64,000 bases of DNA, from positions 50,846-114,845 of the forward strand of contig JBBRCQ010000002.1 in the NCBI GenBank assembly GCA_038204725.1, given 5' to 3'. The translations under genes were made by a program, and so were the position numbers. The notes beneath the pieces were generated by a model. That model was not told the DNA's origin. It searched no databases and was given only the letters and a program-made list of their open reading frames with translations. Shown here in pieces: positions 55,204-64,000 of the stretch (position 1 is the stretch's first letter; each line of letters begins with the position of its first letter). Source of the DNA: Bacteroidales bacterium. Lineage in GTDB: Bacteria; Bacteroidota; Bacteroidia; Bacteroidales; JACABE01.

Positions 55204-55689
55204 TTATTTAATCTTCTTCATTTTAAAATCAATCCTTTTTCCATAACCTTCAATCCAGGCGAATAATGATTTTTTATTTAACTTCAAATAATTGACAGAT
55301 GTCGGAAAATCATGGGAGAGATTTTCAAATCTAAATAGATTTTTGTCTGCATTTTCAGCTAATTTAAACCTAACTGCTTTTCCATTATTTTGTCCAACAA
55401 CTTCGGCTATATAAAATATTCCATTTATTGTTTTCACTATTGAAATTTGCTCATTGATTATGGTATCATTTAATTTTATTGTATAGGATCTTCCTTTTAA
55501 TAAGGTGTCGTTGACCCAATTCCATTCCTCTATGGTATTTTCGGGAGAGTTATCACATTTCCAAATTCCTGTAAGCCAGCTAAATTTCTTTAGATTATCA
55601 ATCTTTTGAATTTTACTCTGTCCGTTTACGATAGTGCCAAAAAAGAATAGAAAAAGTATTGAAATTCCTGTAAGTATGGTTTTATTCAT
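55204..55689 (-). CDS. Hypothetical secreted protein (lipocalin-like, DUF6265-like by recollection)
   Basis: 161 aa. Signal peptide, WLTGIWKC motif and a beta-rich sequence. Confidence 0.5.
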   Translation of the reverse strand: MNKTILTGISILFLFFFGTIVNGQSKIQKIDNLKKFSWLTGIWKCDNSPENTIEEWNWVNDTLLKGRSYTIKLNDTIINEQISIVKTINGIFYIAEVVGQNNGKAVRFKLAENADKNLFRFENLSHDFPTSVNYLKLNKKSLFAWIEGYGKRIDFKMKKIK

Positions 55690-55758
55690 CTGGAATAAGT
55701 ATTTTGTATAAGGATTTATTTATGATTAATACAATAAGTTTGATGAAATTAAAATTTA

Positions 55759-58113
55759 TTAAAATGTCAAAATCAACCCAAAACTAGGCATAAAAGGAAG
55801 TTGATTTACGCGCTCGTTCCGGAGTGTATTAAAGTAGAACAGATTATCCCTGTTGTATGCGTTGGTGATACTTAAGTTCATTTCTAATGTTGAGTTTTTA
55901 GCAATTTCAAATTTCTTTTTCAGTGTAAAATCCAACCGGTGGTATTCAGGTAATCTTCCTTTGTTGTATTCATCATAAAGTGTTCCTATATTTCCATTGG
56001 TAGTAGTAATGTCTTGATTGATGTCAGAAAATGGTAGCTTTTCATAATTCCCAGTTGTTTTTGTAAAAGGAAAACCTGAACCATAATTCCAACGTATATT
56101 TACTTCCCAATCTAATTTAGCCCCTATTACATAAGATAATAACAAATTAATATTGTGGCGTCTGTCGAAATGTGGAACATAGTCTTCTAATTCATCGCTA
56201 CGGTTTACAAATCCTAACGAATAAACTGCCCAGATGTAAATTCTTTTGTAATCGTATTTCATGCTGTAATCCAAACCGTAGGCATTTCCATTTTCGATAA
56301 TAAAATCTTTGCGTAAATATTCAGATTTATAAAGTGGGTTTGCTACACCGTTAATAAACTTATCAGTATATGGTGAAACATCATTAAAAATTTTGTTTCT
56401 GTTGATGTTGGAGAGCTGGGAAAAGTTTTTGTAATAACCTTCCAGATTAATCGTTAAATGGCTCATGATATCATATTCTATACCTAAAATAGCATGTTGT
56501 GCTTTTTGAAGTTTACTGGTGATGTCATCGCCTTTGTATTTTTCAGGTAAATTTTCGGGACCTGATAAAAAGCCATAGAAAAGATTCACCACATCTCTGT
56601 CTGATTTAGCATCAATCAGGTTTTGTGAATAAATTCCTCCTGCAAATTTTATTCTGATTTTATCTGAAGCTAAAAATTTCATGGCATATCGAGGCTCTAT
56701 TACCATTTCTGAAAGTGACGCATAATATTGAAGTCTTATACTTGGTTCAAACAAAAACTTTCCAACAGTTGATTTGTATTTAAAAAAACCTGCAATTTCT
56801 GTTGTGCTTTCCGATTGTCTGAGTTCACGTTTTACTGCATTATAAAAGGTGTAATCTGTTTTAAAGCCTTGTAATTCAATGCCATATTTAAACTGGTCTT
56901 TACCTAAAAAATAAGTGAAGTTTAAACCCATATTGAATCCATTGATTTCACTTTGCTTAGGTAAAGCATCTTTATCTACCATTGTAATGATATAGTTTGA
57001 ATAAGCTACAATCCCTTCCATCAGAACGGAAGAATTGGATGGAACGACGATGAAATTAGCTCCAAAACCTGAAGTTTTCCAGTTAAAATCAGCCAACGCC
57101 TGATAGTTTTTTACATTATCTTTAAAATGGAAACCAAACAAGTTTAACTTACTGCCATTATTACCAATAAAAGATAATTTTGCATATAAATCGGTGAAAT
57201 TAAATGGTAAACCAGCTGTATCAATGTATTTATAAAAGATTTTAGAGCTTTCGGCTAAATAAGAATTTTTGGCAGAAAAAATAAATGAAGTGGAGTTTGA
57301 GTTGTTGTTTTTTTCTTTGATAATGGGACCTTCGAGTAACAAACCTGCTCCAAAAGTACTGGTACTGAATTTACCTCCTAAGCGTTTTTTATTACCTTCT
57401 CGGGTTTTAATGTCCATTACTGAAGAAATTCTATCACCGTATTCTGCTCCAAAACCTCCGGTGTATACATCAGCATTGCGGATAATTTCTGTATCGAATA
57501 CGGAAAATAGTCCTATGGAATGAAATGGGTTGTAAATAACCATACCATCGAGTAATACTTTGTTTTGAATAGGAGAGCCTCCCCTAATGTATAACTGACC
57601 ACCCTGGTCTCCGGTAAAGATAACACCGGGGATCACCTGCAGATATTGAGCTAAATCGGCTTGACCACCAATACTGGGTATTTGTTTTAGTTGCTTGGGT
57701 GTTACTTTGGTGACAGAAGTTTTGGTTTCCTGCCTGGCTTCTTCTCTTTCTGCTGAAATATTCACTACATCCAATGTGTATGCTGCCTTTGTAAGAATGA
57801 GTTTTTTTGTGATTACTTCATCTACTTTAACAGTAACTGGCATTATTATTGAATCGTAGCCTAAATACGTAACCATCAGTGTGTAATTTCCAGGTGGTAT
57901 TTTGGAAATTACAAAATAACCATTTACATCTGTGGTTCCTCCAATGGAGGTTTTTTTTAAATAAACATTGGTAAAAATAATGGGTTCGCCGGTTTCCTTT
58001 TCATATACAAAACCTTTTATGGTTCCATATTGTGCTTGTACTGTTTTGTTGGAAAAGAAAAAGAAAAAAGTGATAATGAAAAATATTTTAAATGTATTGT
58101 TTATGAATGACAT
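55759..58113 (-). CDS. TonB-dependent receptor (CarboxypepD_reg-like N-domain + plug + barrel)
   Basis: 784 aa with GTIKGFVYEKETGEPI...VNGYFVISKIPPGNYTLMVTYLGY, a plug domain (LYIRGGSPIQNKVLLDGMVIYNPFH) and a terminal LILTF. Confidence 0.85.
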   Translation of the reverse strand: MSFINNTFKIFFIITFFFFFSNKTVQAQYGTIKGFVYEKETGEPIIFTNVYLKKTSIGGTTDVNGYFVISKIPPGNYTLMVTYLGYDSIIMPVTVKVDEVITKKLILTKAAYTLDVVNISAEREEARQETKTSVTKVTPKQLKQIPSIGGQADLAQYLQVIPGVIFTGDQGGQLYIRGGSPIQNKVLLDGMVIYNPFHSIGLFSVFDTEIIRNADVYTGGFGAEYGDRISSVMDIKTREGNKKRLGGKFSTSTFGAGLLLEGPIIKEKNNNSNSTSFIFSAKNSYLAESSKIFYKYIDTAGLPFNFTDLYAKLSFIGNNGSKLNLFGFHFKDNVKNYQALADFNWKTSGFGANFIVVPSNSSVLMEGIVAYSNYIITMVDKDALPKQSEINGFNMGLNFTYFLGKDQFKYGIELQGFKTDYTFYNAVKRELRQSESTTEIAGFFKYKSTVGKFLFEPSIRLQYYASLSEMVIEPRYAMKFLASDKIRIKFAGGIYSQNLIDAKSDRDVVNLFYGFLSGPENLPEKYKGDDITSKLQKAQHAILGIEYDIMSHLTINLEGYYKNFSQLSNINRNKIFNDVSPYTDKFINGVANPLYKSEYLRKDFIIENGNAYGLDYSMKYDYKRIYIWAVYSLGFVNRSDELEDYVPHFDRRHNINLLLSYVIGAKLDWEVNIRWNYGSGFPFTKTTGNYEKLPFSDINQDITTTNGNIGTLYDEYNKGRLPEYHRLDFTLKKKFEIAKNSTLEMNLSITNAYNRDNLFYFNTLRNERVNQLPFMPSFGLILTF

Positions 58114-58287
58114 AGTATGAGAAATTAAAGCGAATTTATAGCATTATTATTTAGCAAAGTTAATTTTTTTTATCAAATTCATATTATAATATTGAAATAA
58201 AAGATGATAAATATATTTCCGGAACTCAATTATATCGTCAGTATGCAGTATAAAAGTACATTCTTTTATTGATTTATAGTATAAAAA

Positions 58288-59286
58288 TTAATGTAATATT
58301 TTAAAAATCAATTCTTTCATCAATTCTCCATCTGTAGCAGATACATTATCGACACCTTTTGACTTAACATCGTATTCTCTTAATAAAGCAATAATTTGAT
58401 GCAATTGTATTCTGGAATATTTATTTGAAGCTGTTTCATAGTCTTTTACAAAGTAAGGATTTACACTTAGTACAGAAGCTGCATTTCTTTGTGATTTATC
58501 CGTTAATTCAATGTAGGTTAATACTTTGACAAAATAGACATAGAGTATGGGTAATATTTTTACCAATGGATTTTCTTTTGGATTGGAAGTAAAATAATTG
58601 ATGATCTGGTTCGCTTTGAGCACATCTTTAGTTCCTAATGCTTTTTGCAACTCAAATACATTAAAATCTTTACTGATACCTATGTTTTCTTCAATAAGTT
58701 CTGGAGTAATCGTTGTATTTTGAGGAACATTGATGATCAGTTTGATGATTTCATTTACAATTTTTTGTAAATCAGTTCCTAAATAATCTGCCAGTAATTT
58801 ACAAGCATCGGTTGAAATCTGATATTGTTTCTTTTTTAAATAATTGGTAATCCAAGCAGGTATTTCATTATCATAAAGTTTTTTGGATTCAAAAAAGACA
58901 CCTTTTTTATCGATATTTTTTTTAAAAATGGTGCGACCGTCCACTTTTTTATACTTGTAGCAAAGTACTAAAATTGTAGATTGCTGGATGTTGTCTAAAT
59001 ATGTATTGAGTTCTTCAATTTTTTCAATTCCTTGTGCTTCTTTTACAATCACAACTTGGTAATTGGCCATCATAGGGAATCGTTTGGCGCTGTTAATAAT
59101 TGTAGCTACATCAACATCTTTACCATATAATACACTTTGGTTAAATTCCTTTTCATCCTCGGTGAGGGTGTGTTTTTCAATATAATCAGCAATTTCATCA
59201 ATATAGTAAGGCTCTTCGCCAGCTAATAAATAAATAGGACGATATATTTTGTTTTTTAAATCTGTGAGAATTTGATCAAATGTCAT
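58288..59286 (-). CDS. holA: DNA polymerase III delta subunit
   Basis: 332 aa starting MTFDQILTDLKNKIYRPIYLLAGEEPYYIDEI, a typical HolA N-terminus. Confidence 0.85.
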   Translation of the reverse strand: MTFDQILTDLKNKIYRPIYLLAGEEPYYIDEIADYIEKHTLTEDEKEFNQSVLYGKDVDVATIINSAKRFPMMANYQVVIVKEAQGIEKIEELNTYLDNIQQSTILVLCYKYKKVDGRTIFKKNIDKKGVFFESKKLYDNEIPAWITNYLKKKQYQISTDACKLLADYLGTDLQKIVNEIIKLIINVPQNTTITPELIEENIGISKDFNVFELQKALGTKDVLKANQIINYFTSNPKENPLVKILPILYVYFVKVLTYIELTDKSQRNAASVLSVNPYFVKDYETASNKYSRIQLHQIIALLREYDVKSKGVDNVSATDGELMKELIFKILH

Positions 59287-59288
59287 GA

Positions 59289-59320
59289 AAATTAAAAATT
59301 AAAAATTAAAAATTAAAAAG
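59289..59320. repeat. Heptamer array AAAATTA x4.5, starting 2 nt upstream of the holA start
   Basis: Direct reading. Confidence 0.9.
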
Positions 59321-59322
59321 TA

Positions 59323-59418
59323 GCACTTCGACTATGCTCAGTGACCGCACTTCGACTATGCTCAGTGACCGCACTTCGACTATGCTCAGTGACCGCACTT
59401 CGACTATGCTCAGTGGCC
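59323..59418. repeat. 24-nt tandem repeat x4 (GCACTTCGACTATGCTCAGTGACC)
   Basis: Units at 59323, 59347, 59371 and 59395 (the last has G for A). They abut with no spacers. Confidence 0.97.
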
Positions 59419-59459
59419 GGATATTTTGTCTTTGATCTTCCGTCTCAATAATCCGGCAA

Positions 59460-60248
59460 TTAATATTGATTGTTATAGTCAAAATATAAATGCTTGACAG
59501 TTTGTCCTTTATTGATTAATTGCTTTAATGAATCAATACCGATATCGAGATGCTCTGCTAAATATTTATCTGAAACTTTTTTATCAATTTCTTCTGTTTT
59601 TACACCTTCTGAAATCATAGGCTGGTCAGTAACCAATAATAATGCTCCTGAAGGGATGTGATTGTAAAAACCAACTATAAAAATTGTAGCAGTTTCCATA
59701 TCGATGGCCATCGCACGCATGGTCCGGAGATAGACTTTGAATTCCTCATCATGCTCCCATACTCTGCGATTGGTGGTATAGACGGTACCTGTCCAGTAAT
59801 CTCGGTTATAGTCTCTGATTGTTGTGGAAATAGCTTTTTGCAGGTTAAATGCCGGTAAAGCAGGTACTTCCTTGGGGAAATAATCTCTGGATGTTCCTTC
59901 GCCTCTGATAGCTGCAATGGGCAGAATTAAGTCGCCTAAATTGTTTTTCTTTTTTAAGCCTCCGCATTTTCCAAGGAATAATACAGCTTTTGGATGAATG
60001 GCACTTAATAAATCCATGATAGTGGCAGCATTAGCACTACCCATTCCAAAGTTAATGATGGTAATGTTATTTGCAGTAGAACTCTGCATTGCTTTTTCGT
60101 TACCCATGATAGGTACTTTAAATTTAGCCGAAAACAATTCAAGGTATTTTGAAAAATTGACTAAAATTATATATTTACCAAAATCTTTTAATGCTGTTCC
60201 TGTATAGCGTGGTAGCCAGTTTTCAACAATTTCTTCTTTTGTCTTCAT
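59460..60248 (-). CDS. amn: AMP nucleosidase (short Bacteroidota type)
   Basis: 262 aa starting MKTKEEIVENWLPRYTG, with a PNP_UDP_1-like core (GMGSANAATIMDLL, AIDMETATIF). Confidence 0.75.
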   Translation of the reverse strand: MKTKEEIVENWLPRYTGTALKDFGKYIILVNFSKYLELFSAKFKVPIMGNEKAMQSSTANNITIINFGMGSANAATIMDLLSAIHPKAVLFLGKCGGLKKKNNLGDLILPIAAIRGEGTSRDYFPKEVPALPAFNLQKAISTTIRDYNRDYWTGTVYTTNRRVWEHDEEFKVYLRTMRAMAIDMETATIFIVGFYNHIPSGALLLVTDQPMISEGVKTEEIDKKVSDKYLAEHLDIGIDSLKQLINKGQTVKHLYFDYNNQY

Positions 60249-60354
60249 ACCGAAATACTTTGTTTATAATAGAAAATAGAGTACAAATTTACATATTTTT
60301 TGATAGTCTTGAATTGTTCTTTATGAAAAACATAATGTATGTATGCATTATTAC

Positions 60355-61725
60355 TTAAAACAAATAGTTTAAATTAATGTAAAATGCTGAATTTCCGTCT
60401 TGTGGGTCGTAAGCCCTGCCATATGTGAAATTAATTATAAAATTTGAATTCAATACAAAATGCAAGCTACTTCCGTAACCAATGTGCAATTTTTCTTTAT
60501 TGTCATCAATGTTGTAATTTTGTGGGATATTTTTTTTGTTAAAGGTATAAGGTTGAATCACTTCGCCTAAGTCAGTAAAACCACTTAATGCAATGTAGAA
60601 ATTTTGGTTGAATAAACGGGTGCGTAAAAATTTCCACCGAAGTTCGAAATTGCTATAAAACATACCTTCTCCAACCAATCGATTGCGCAATACACCTCTT
60701 ATGGTTTTGGCTCCACCTAATCCGTCTTGTGTAGGTTTATTGGATGCAAATAAAAATGGCAACATGTAAAATGGCATTTCTCCTGCTATTTTGCCTTGAT
60801 AGGCTATCCTGCATGCCAGATTCAATACTTCCCTTTTCAGTGTAAAATACTGACGATGACTAATGGCAAATTGCGCATAGTTGTATTTATTTCCAATAAT
60901 GGAAGGAGACAGCAACAACAAGGCTTCCGACCAGATACCTCGCATTGGATTTGGCTCATTATCACGGGTATCGTAAACAAGACCTATTTTGATAATTTGA
61001 GTGGTTCCTCCGGTTTGCTGTTCTTTGGGAATGATTCCCCAATTTTTATATTTTTCAAATAAGCTTGTTGTCGTATCAACAGCAGGAAGAATTTTGTCAG
61101 CATCTTGACCTTTATTCAATTTATTAATATCAACGTTTCCAATATTGTTATCGTATAAACCATATCCCAATACCCATTGCAAGGCTTTATCCTTGCGTAA
61201 ACTAAGAAAATCAAAAGTTAAACGAAACAATTGCCGGTTGATGCGATAATACATACGTGATAAATATGATATATTGTTTGGGTCATCTACCTCGAAATTG
61301 TGATTATAAGTAGCCTGGTAACCGTTAAAACCATAAAAATCCAAGGCTTGTTCCTGGAAATAGCTTATGTCACCTGTAAAACGTATGCCTTTTATCAAAT
61401 ATTTAGAATCATAAGTAATCTGATTGATTCCGCTTCCTTTTGTTGTTCTTGTCCATTCCAGATAAATGGAATGACGATAACCGGGGTATAATGTGCCATT
61501 TCCGTAATCAAACAGGTTGAGAACAGCCCCATACTTAAACCCAATATCAGAATCAAAGGCTATGGCCGGGATTGCGGCAAAACTCCAGCCTTTAATTTGC
61601 TTTTCTTTAGTTAAGGTGGTTGCAGTTGTGTCCTTAGTTTGTTGACTGAAAACAAATAGAGGGAACAAAATACAAAACAAAACGATGTATAAATTTTTTT
61701 TCAAAATGTTATAGTGTTGAATCAA
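60355..61725 (-). CDS. Outer-membrane beta-barrel protein (Omp85/D15 surface-antigen-like)
   Basis: 456 aa. Signal peptide, alternating beta-strand pattern, and a C-terminal YINLNYLF with terminal aromatic residue. Confidence 0.55.
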   Translation of the reverse strand: MIQHYNILKKNLYIVLFCILFPLFVFSQQTKDTTATTLTKEKQIKGWSFAAIPAIAFDSDIGFKYGAVLNLFDYGNGTLYPGYRHSIYLEWTRTTKGSGINQITYDSKYLIKGIRFTGDISYFQEQALDFYGFNGYQATYNHNFEVDDPNNISYLSRMYYRINRQLFRLTFDFLSLRKDKALQWVLGYGLYDNNIGNVDINKLNKGQDADKILPAVDTTTSLFEKYKNWGIIPKEQQTGGTTQIIKIGLVYDTRDNEPNPMRGIWSEALLLLSPSIIGNKYNYAQFAISHRQYFTLKREVLNLACRIAYQGKIAGEMPFYMLPFLFASNKPTQDGLGGAKTIRGVLRNRLVGEGMFYSNFELRWKFLRTRLFNQNFYIALSGFTDLGEVIQPYTFNKKNIPQNYNIDDNKEKLHIGYGSSLHFVLNSNFIINFTYGRAYDPQDGNSAFYINLNYLF

Positions 61726-62497
61726 TATAGGTTAACAAAATAATTAAATCATTCTCATTCTTAGGAGAAATCTTTTTATCTTTAATAAATTTCTGTATTT
61801 CAGGATTATTGTTAAATGAATTTATAAACTTCTTTTTGTTTTTATTTACTAATTTAAGTTCATTATTGATAAATAAATAATAATTCTTTACTATCATTAA
61901 CTCATCATCTCTGCTTCCAACGTCCAGTGCTTCATTGTATTTGGCTTCTTTTACTTTAGCAGAATAGTTACACAGAAGAGATGTTTTTTTATTATAAACC
62001 ACTTTAGAAAAACCATTTAATATATAATCACCTAAAGCATTTCGTGTAATAAAAACTTCATTTTTTTCTTTTAATTTTAATAAACTTGTCAGATGAGCCG
62101 GTAATATTTTAATTTCAGCAACATCCTTAATTTCAATAACATTGTATAAAACATCAATTTTAACATACACATTTTGGATGACCCCTGAATCTTTAATAAT
62201 TTTTATATCAGCAAGTTGCCAATCGTCGTAAATATAACTTGAGCCTGTTATGGTTTTGTTGTAACTCTTTTCAGTAATATTATAAGTATCAAATCGGAGT
62301 GTCTGAGGAGTGTTGCCAGTTTCGGTATAAATTATCTGACTGATAGCAACTTTGGTAAGTAGAAAAAGACCAACCATAAAACTTCCAGTAATGCTTTTCT
62401 TTGAAAATAAAATCATTTTTTTATATATTTGAGAGATTAATGAAATCCTTTTTTTAGGTAAAGATACTAATTTATCGATTAATACCTTTAATTTCAC
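61709..62497 (-). CDS. Hypothetical secreted/membrane-anchored protein
   Basis: 262 aa in the track. A signal-like segment begins at Met28 (MILFSKKSITGSFMVGLFLLTKVAISQ), so a start at 62416 is plausible. Confidence 0.45.
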   Translation of the reverse strand: MKLKVLIDKLVSLPKKRISLISQIYKKMILFSKKSITGSFMVGLFLLTKVAISQIIYTETGNTPQTLRFDTYNITEKSYNKTITGSSYIYDDWQLADIKIIKDSGVIQNVYVKIDVLYNVIEIKDVAEIKILPAHLTSLLKLKEKNEVFITRNALGDYILNGFSKVVYNKKTSLLCNYSAKVKEAKYNEALDVGSRDDELMIVKNYYLFINNELKLVNKNKKKFINSFNNNPEIQKFIKDKKISPKNENDLIILLTYIDSTL

Positions 62498-62653
62498 AAT
62501 ATATGCTGTACCAAATTCAATACGTTTAATCAGATGAAAATATTCAATCCTGATAAATACTTATTTTTTTTGTAAAAATACAATTCCTTTTCATACTATT
62601 GACATTTGAATTAAGAAAAAGATTGTAGATTTGTAAAATTAAATTAATTATTT

Positions 62654-63100
62654 ATGATTCCGCTTAATTTCCCATCATTTCCATTTAAAATTAGAAAAAC
62701 ACAGAAAGGTGAAGAGATTTTTGATATAATCCGGAAGAAATATGTTGCATTTACTGAAGAGGAATGGGTAAGGCAGCATTGTATTGCCTATCTGATCAGT
62801 GAAAAAAAATATCCTGCATCACTTATGGCAGTAGAAAAAGGACTTAGCGTAAACGGACTTAAGAAAAGAACTGATATTGTTACTTTTACAAAGGATGGAA
62901 ACCCTAAACTGATTGTTGAATGTAAAGCTCCACATATTGAGATTACGAATGATACATTTGATCAGATTGCTCGTTACAACATGACGTTGAAAGTTAATTA
63001 TCTATTGGTTACCAATGGATTGCAACATTTTTGCTGTGTTATTGATCATCAGGAAGGCAGTTACAGATTTTTGGAAGAAGTGCCTGAGTATGGTCAGTGA
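62654..63100 (+). CDS. Stand-alone type I restriction enzyme HsdR N-terminal-domain-like (HSDR_N_2) protein
   Basis: 148 aa with LNFPSFPFKIRKTQKGEEIFDIIRKKYVAFTEEEWVRQH...RTDIVTF...LIVECKAP, a PD-(D/E)xK-like core. The family is common in Bacteroidota. Confidence 0.7.
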   Translation: MIPLNFPSFPFKIRKTQKGEEIFDIIRKKYVAFTEEEWVRQHCIAYLISEKKYPASLMAVEKGLSVNGLKKRTDIVTFTKDGNPKLIVECKAPHIEITNDTFDQIARYNMTLKVNYLLVTNGLQHFCCVIDHQEGSYRFLEEVPEYGQ

Positions 63101-63150
63101 AGAGTGAAGAGTGAAGAGTGAAGAGTGAATAGAGAATAGTGAATAGTGAA
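63094..63150. repeat. Heptamer array (AGAGTGA x4, ATAGAGA, ATAGTGA x2) that includes the TGA stop of the upstream gene
   Basis: Direct reading. The stop at 63098-63100 is in phase with the array. Confidence 0.95.
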
Positions 63151-63210
63151 TTTATTTATCCCGACGGGTACGAAGTTCCCGACGGGTTAAATAAGAAGTA
63201 ATCAATTATT

Positions 63211-63245
63211 AGTGAACAGTGAATAGTGAATAGTGAACAGTGAAT
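63211..63245. repeat. Heptamer array AGTGAAC AGTGAAT AGTGAAT AGTGAAC AGTGAAT
   Basis: Direct reading. It is the reverse complement of module E at 36685-36747. Confidence 0.95.
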
Positions 63246-63270
63246 AATAACTATTAACCATTAAATCAAT

Positions 63271-63415
63271 CCCGAATAACAATTTCTAACTCATGCTTCG
63301 ACTCCGCTCAGCAACAACTTCGTAAGAAATTGTAAATCGGGACTAAGCTATCGCTTAGCATACTTCGTAAGAAATTGTAGCTCGGGACTGAGCAAAAGCT
63401 CAGTAACCATTAACC
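63271..63415. repeat. Mosaic modules D (63271-63290), CTTCGACT motif (63295-63315), C x2 (63318-63393), B hairpin (63387-63404) and A (63405-63415), inverted relative to 36339-36636
   Basis: Direct comparison of the reverse complement with 36339-36640. Confidence 0.9.
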
Positions 63416-63430
63416 AAAAACAAAACAAAG

Positions 63431-64000
63431 ATGAAAGCAATGATATTTGCAGCTGGTATTGGATCGCGATTGAGACCGCTTACCAATGATGTACCCAAAG
63501 CTCTGATTCAGTTTAATGGAGAACCATTGATTGCAGGAGTTATAAAAAAACTTGTTAATGCAGGCGTTACAGAAATTGTGGTCAATTTACATCACTTTGC
63601 CAATGAATTACGCGATTATCTGAACGGTAATAAATGGAATGCTGATATTTATTTTTCGGACGAAAGTCGATTTTTATTGGATACAGGAGGTGGTTTAAAA
63701 AAAGCGGCTTCATTCTTTAACGACGGCAAGCCATTTTTTGCTTACAACGTTGATATTTTATCTAATATTGACCTTGTGAAATTGTATCAACAACACCTCG
63801 AAAACAATGTTGCTGCAACATTGGCTGTAAGAAACCGAAATAGTTCCCGTTTTTTGCTTTTTGATCATGAGAATTATTTATGTGGATGGGAAAATATAAT
63901 CAGTAACGAGTTACGACTTGTAAAAGGTCGAAGAAAGAACTTGCATTCACTGGCATTTAGCGGGATTCAGGTAATTGATCCTGTAGTTATTGAACAAATG
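63431..64000 (+). CDS. Sugar-phosphate nucleotidyltransferase (MurU/mannose-1-P guanylyltransferase-like); 3' end outside the window
   Basis: Not in the track because it runs off the window. It reads MKAMIFAAGIGSRLRPLTNDVPKALIQFNGEPLI..., the classic G-x-G-x-R-L NTP_transferase N-terminus. The frame is open to 64000. Confidence 0.8.
   Translation, partial: MKAMIFAAGIGSRLRPLTNDVPKALIQFNGEPLIAGVIKKLVNAGVTEIVVNLHHFANELRDYLNGNKWNADIYFSDESRFLLDTGGGLKKAASFFNDGKPFFAYNVDILSNIDLVKLYQQHLENNVAATLAVRNRNSSRFLLFDHENYLCGWENIISNELRLVKGRRKNLHSLAFSGIQVIDPVVIEQM

Noticed and set aside
58114-58287. Possible cobalamin or other riboswitch in the leader of the TonB-dependent receptor 55759..58113, and a Moco riboswitch upstream of the moeA-moaA-moaC operon (55185-55758)
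   Set aside because: The receptor leader is very AT-rich with no B12-box-like GCCACTG element. The gaps upstream of moeA (19 nt) and of the preceding gene (69 nt) are too short for a Moco aptamer of about 130 nt.
59323-59418. The 24-nt x4 array, considered as a possible CRISPR array or a coding repeat
   Set aside because: There are no spacers. The array is only 96 nt, lies between two well-defined genes, and has no start codon or ORF context.

Overview
This is an AT-rich chromosomal segment that looks like Bacteroidota. Supporting signs: T9SS C-terminal sorting domains (VYPNPA...), TonB-dependent receptors with CarboxypepD_reg-type N-termini, TAnnTTTG -7 promoter boxes, and TGA used as a normal stop. 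About 55 genes are supportable. Housekeeping genes: E1-alpha dehydrogenase (partial), parE, trxB, folD, ffh, efp, lpxD, queE, cinA, rpmB, moaC/moaA/moeA, holA, amn. There are two surface-polysaccharide loci (8.1-17.5 kb and 33.8-39.5 kb) carrying flippases, Wzy/O-antigen-ligase-like proteins, a Wzz-like protein and glycosyltransferases. There are also two TonB-dependent receptors, a secreted C10 peptidase and other T9SS cargo. I recognised no rRNA, tRNA or CRISPR array by eye. Four things stand out. (1) A modular family of intergenic repeats with a fixed orientation, built from phased heptanucleotide arrays plus 22/24/39-nt hairpin units. Two roughly 330-490-nt mosaics (36.3 kb and 63.1 kb) share module order and share orientation relative to transcription. 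(2) A RAYT (REP-associated tyrosine transposase) gene carries four GC-rich REP-like hairpins in frame inside its own coding sequence. (3) An isolated, translationally coupled pair: a histidine-phosphatase-like protein and a minimal membrane-anchored GGDEF-like protein with an RLGDEF motif. (4) An SOS-like divergent cassette: radical SAM/DUF4130 facing LexA-like S24 repressor + dinB, with repeated TACTAAT motifs in the shared control region. All calls rest on reading the sequence and ORF translations. No database search was run, so family names are recognition-level assignments.
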